A DNA stretch of 64,000 bases, from the NCBI GenBank assembly GCA_002269645.1, contig NIVC01002499.1:1-64000 (forward strand). The letters are read 5' to 3'. Within the stretch, counting starts at the first letter, position 1, and the number at the start of each line of letters is the position of its first letter. Below the pieces are notes generated by a model. That model was not told the origin of the DNA and made no database searches. It was given only the letters and a program-made list of their open reading frames with translations. The DNA comes from Macrostomum lignano (taxonomy: Eukaryota). Both the position numbers and the translations under genes were made by a program. Positions 61,592-64,000 of the stretch are shown piece by piece.

Positions 61592-63129
61592 TTATTCCAT
61601 TAAGATTTGAGCAGCCGGGCAGGCCGCGTGTTTCGGTGGATGCAAATTTTTGCATAATTCAATTTTCAAGGCCGCCATTTTACTGCTGCGGCTTGAGGAT
61701 GGAGCTCAGGAGCTCAGGGTGGGCTGAGGCAGCCGGGACTCTTTTAACTCTTGTGCGTGACCGCTGCTTTCTGGTTGGACTTTTTAGGGGTGACAGATTA
61801 GTGTGACAGACCCCAAGTGACAGGTTTAGGCACTGCAGAAGCCGGAGCCTCACCGACACGAAGAAGATCTCGCCGGCAGAATGATAATAGTACATCTTTC
61901 TGGGCAGGTGGCCGGCACAGAGGCCGCAGACGGCCAGCACGGAGCCAATGGCAGCGAACAGCACGGAGAAGAACAGCAGGCCGATGATCGCCTTCTGCCA
62001 GTCTGCGGGGTTCCATTGGGGTGGGCGAAGCGGTGCGATGGGACTTTGAGCAGCCGGAGGGTATTTTTTATCAGAGGCAGGGGCTGTGTGCAGCCTGGCG
62101 CACTCTAAGCGACATTGTCGCACACAAACGGGGAGGGGCATTGCTGCCCATTCGCCGACTCCACTGAGCAGGCACACAAGCGCGCGGATACGTACGCAGT
62201 CATACGCACAGGCACACCCTCACACAGGAGTGTATTTATCATTAGGCATGTACACTTCACTGTGCCTTGAGGGTTGGCCCTAAAGGGCGTTAATTTCACG
62301 AGCAGAGTGAACCTGAGATTTCCATTTAGCTTCGAATTAATAGGACTGCACTTGGAATCGAGCCTGGGCCTGACACATGATCATGCTAGACCACTGGGCT
62401 GGCGAGTATGAGCTGGTGGGTACGAACTGGCGGGTATGAGCTGGCGGGTATGAGCTGGCGGGTACGAACTGGCGGGTATGAGCTTGCGGGTATGAGCTGG
62501 CGGGTATGAGCTGGCGGGTACGAACTGGCGGGTACGAACTGGCGGGTATGAGCTGGCGCGGTATGAGCTGCGGGTACGAACTGGCGGGTGAGTTGGCGGG
62601 TATGAGCTGGCGGGTATGGGCTGGCAGGTATGGGCTGCAGGTATGGGCTGGCGGGTATGGGCTGTTGGGTATGGGCTGGCGGGTATGGGCTGGCGGTATG
62701 GGCTGGTGGGTATGGGCTGTGGGTATGGGCTGGCGGGTATGGGCTGGCGGGTATGGGCTGGCTGGCGCAGCTGTTAGTGGCGGGCCAGCAGCTACCTGGC
62801 ACGAAGTGCTCGCAGCTGATGTGCTGCAGCTCGTGCGGCACGGTTTTGTTAAAGGCCAGCAGAAAGCAGGCGTCCCACAGGCCGGACCAGGCGGAGCCGC
62901 GGCCGCTGCCTTCGCCGCCGCCGCCGCCAGCCGGCCCGGCCGTCCAGTGGGAGGCCGGGTGCAGCATGTTGGCGTACAGGATGAGCGCCAGGACGGAGGC
63001 TCCGGCGCCGCTGCAGCGCCAGCGCAGCCGCCGCTTCTCCTGGAAGCAGAAATCTTCGGTGTAAACGCGCTGCTCGTAGGCGCTGTTGTCCGGCACCTTG
63101 AAGCTCAGGAAATTCTTCAGCGACTTCAT
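60375..63129 (-). CDS. Claudin/PMP22-superfamily four-TM protein, 3 exons
   Basis: Exons 63129-62796, 62002-61854, 60619-60375. W-x-GLW-x2-C..C loop (WSGLWDAC..ISC), PDWQKA + TM2, YYHSAGEIFF + TM3, YGYGYGLGW + TM4. The exon 2/3 phase is off by one base. Confidence 0.75.
60760..60965. repeat. ~23-bp intronic minisatellite GGCGGAGTGAGGTGGCTGTT(T/G)(C/T)T
   Basis: Claudin-like gene intron 2; a (TGGC)n tract also lies at 61545-61590. Confidence 0.85.
62395..62765. repeat. 14-bp intronic minisatellite CTGGCGGGTATG(A/G)G
   Basis: Claudin-like gene intron 1. Confidence 0.88.
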
Positions 63130-64000
63130 CCGGCGGCGGGTGCCGACTGCGCCGGCGGCCGCTCATGGCAGCGGCGGCACCGGAGGCGGCGGCAGAGGCA
63201 GCGAAAGCGTCGGCAACATCGCTGCAGGTTGACTCGCTGGATGGCGGGGGGCCTTCAGTCGCCCGGAAGTCGGTCGGAAGCTCCGGCGCGGGAAATTCGG
63301 GCGAGGGCAGCGGGTCGCGACAGAGAGAAGGGGAATCTGTGGGAAACTGGGCTCCGCCCGTCTTGACTTTTCCCTCACGAGAGCCCCGGGGGGCCTCCAC
63401 TTCGGGTTGGCCGCCCGGCTGCCAGCCACTGGGCGGCCACCCGCTGCCGCCCTCCGCAGAGATGAGGCTTCCAGCTTCCAGCTTACTCTCCGCGACTCCG
63501 CTTTCGCCTCTTCCCGCGGCGGGGGAGGGTGTGGAGGCAACGGCTCCTCCCCGCGGATCCTCGAAGTCCTGCGACACCTCAGACGGAGGAGGCTGGGGGA
63601 GGCCGTGGCATCCACGGCGAGCTCAGATCAGCTCTCGAGGCCGGCAGGGGAGAGGAATGAAGGCGGAGAGAAAGTACAGCCTGCAGGTGAGCCCGCGCCT
63701 TAATCCGCCGCCGCTGCCCCTTCCGATGCCCCAGCCCCATCTCACTCAGGCTGCCCAGCATCCCTGTCCCTCATGCCTCATCACTTCCCACTTCCCACTC
63801 ACAGCAGCGGCATTTGCCTCGGCCAGTTCTGCAAATTCCCTGCCTGGCCGGGTGTCCGGCGAGGGCGAAACAAACGGCGGCTCAACGGGCCACCGGGAGA
63901 CCAGCCGCCTCCAGCGCCTCCTCCATTGCGGCGCGCTGCCTCGCGTGCCGCGGCCCCGCCAGCAGCTGCATCTGCCCGCTGGAATTTTGGCACCGGCTCA

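Overview
Eukaryotic (animal) genomic DNA, not prokaryotic. GC-rich spliced genes alternate with AT-rich, transposon-littered spacers, and most long introns carry their own minisatellite. This style suggests a flatworm such as Macrostomum, but that is inference only. Host genes reconstructed by hand from GT-AG sites and frame continuity: the 5' end of CDK5 (-, runs off the window), EEPD1 (-, one apparent frameshift), a 10-exon ~1490-aa multi-C2H2 zinc-finger gene (-), an intronless 225-aa Cys/Gly/Gln/Met-rich orphan (+), gamma-tubulin complex component 2 (+, 8 exons), a 5-exon ~1339-aa protein (+) and a claudin/PMP22-type four-TM gene (-). The 1339-aa protein is the best candidate for an undescribed system: six JAZ/matrin-type (dsRNA-binding class) zinc fingers and a GFN-repeat low-complexity linker are fused to a RIG-I/Dicer-family helicase with no visible CARD, CTD or RNase III. 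Mobile DNA: a Penelope-like element with a 933-bp inverted 3' duplication and degenerate hammerhead ribozymes, an RNase H-bearing LINE fragment carrying a 47-bp P-element-type excision footprint, a decayed RTE LINE, Gypsy-like remnants, a DUF4806-like relic and several MITEs with 8-bp TSDs. One 557-N assembly gap. No tRNA, rRNA or CRISPR array could be supported. All homology calls come from motif recognition, not database searches.
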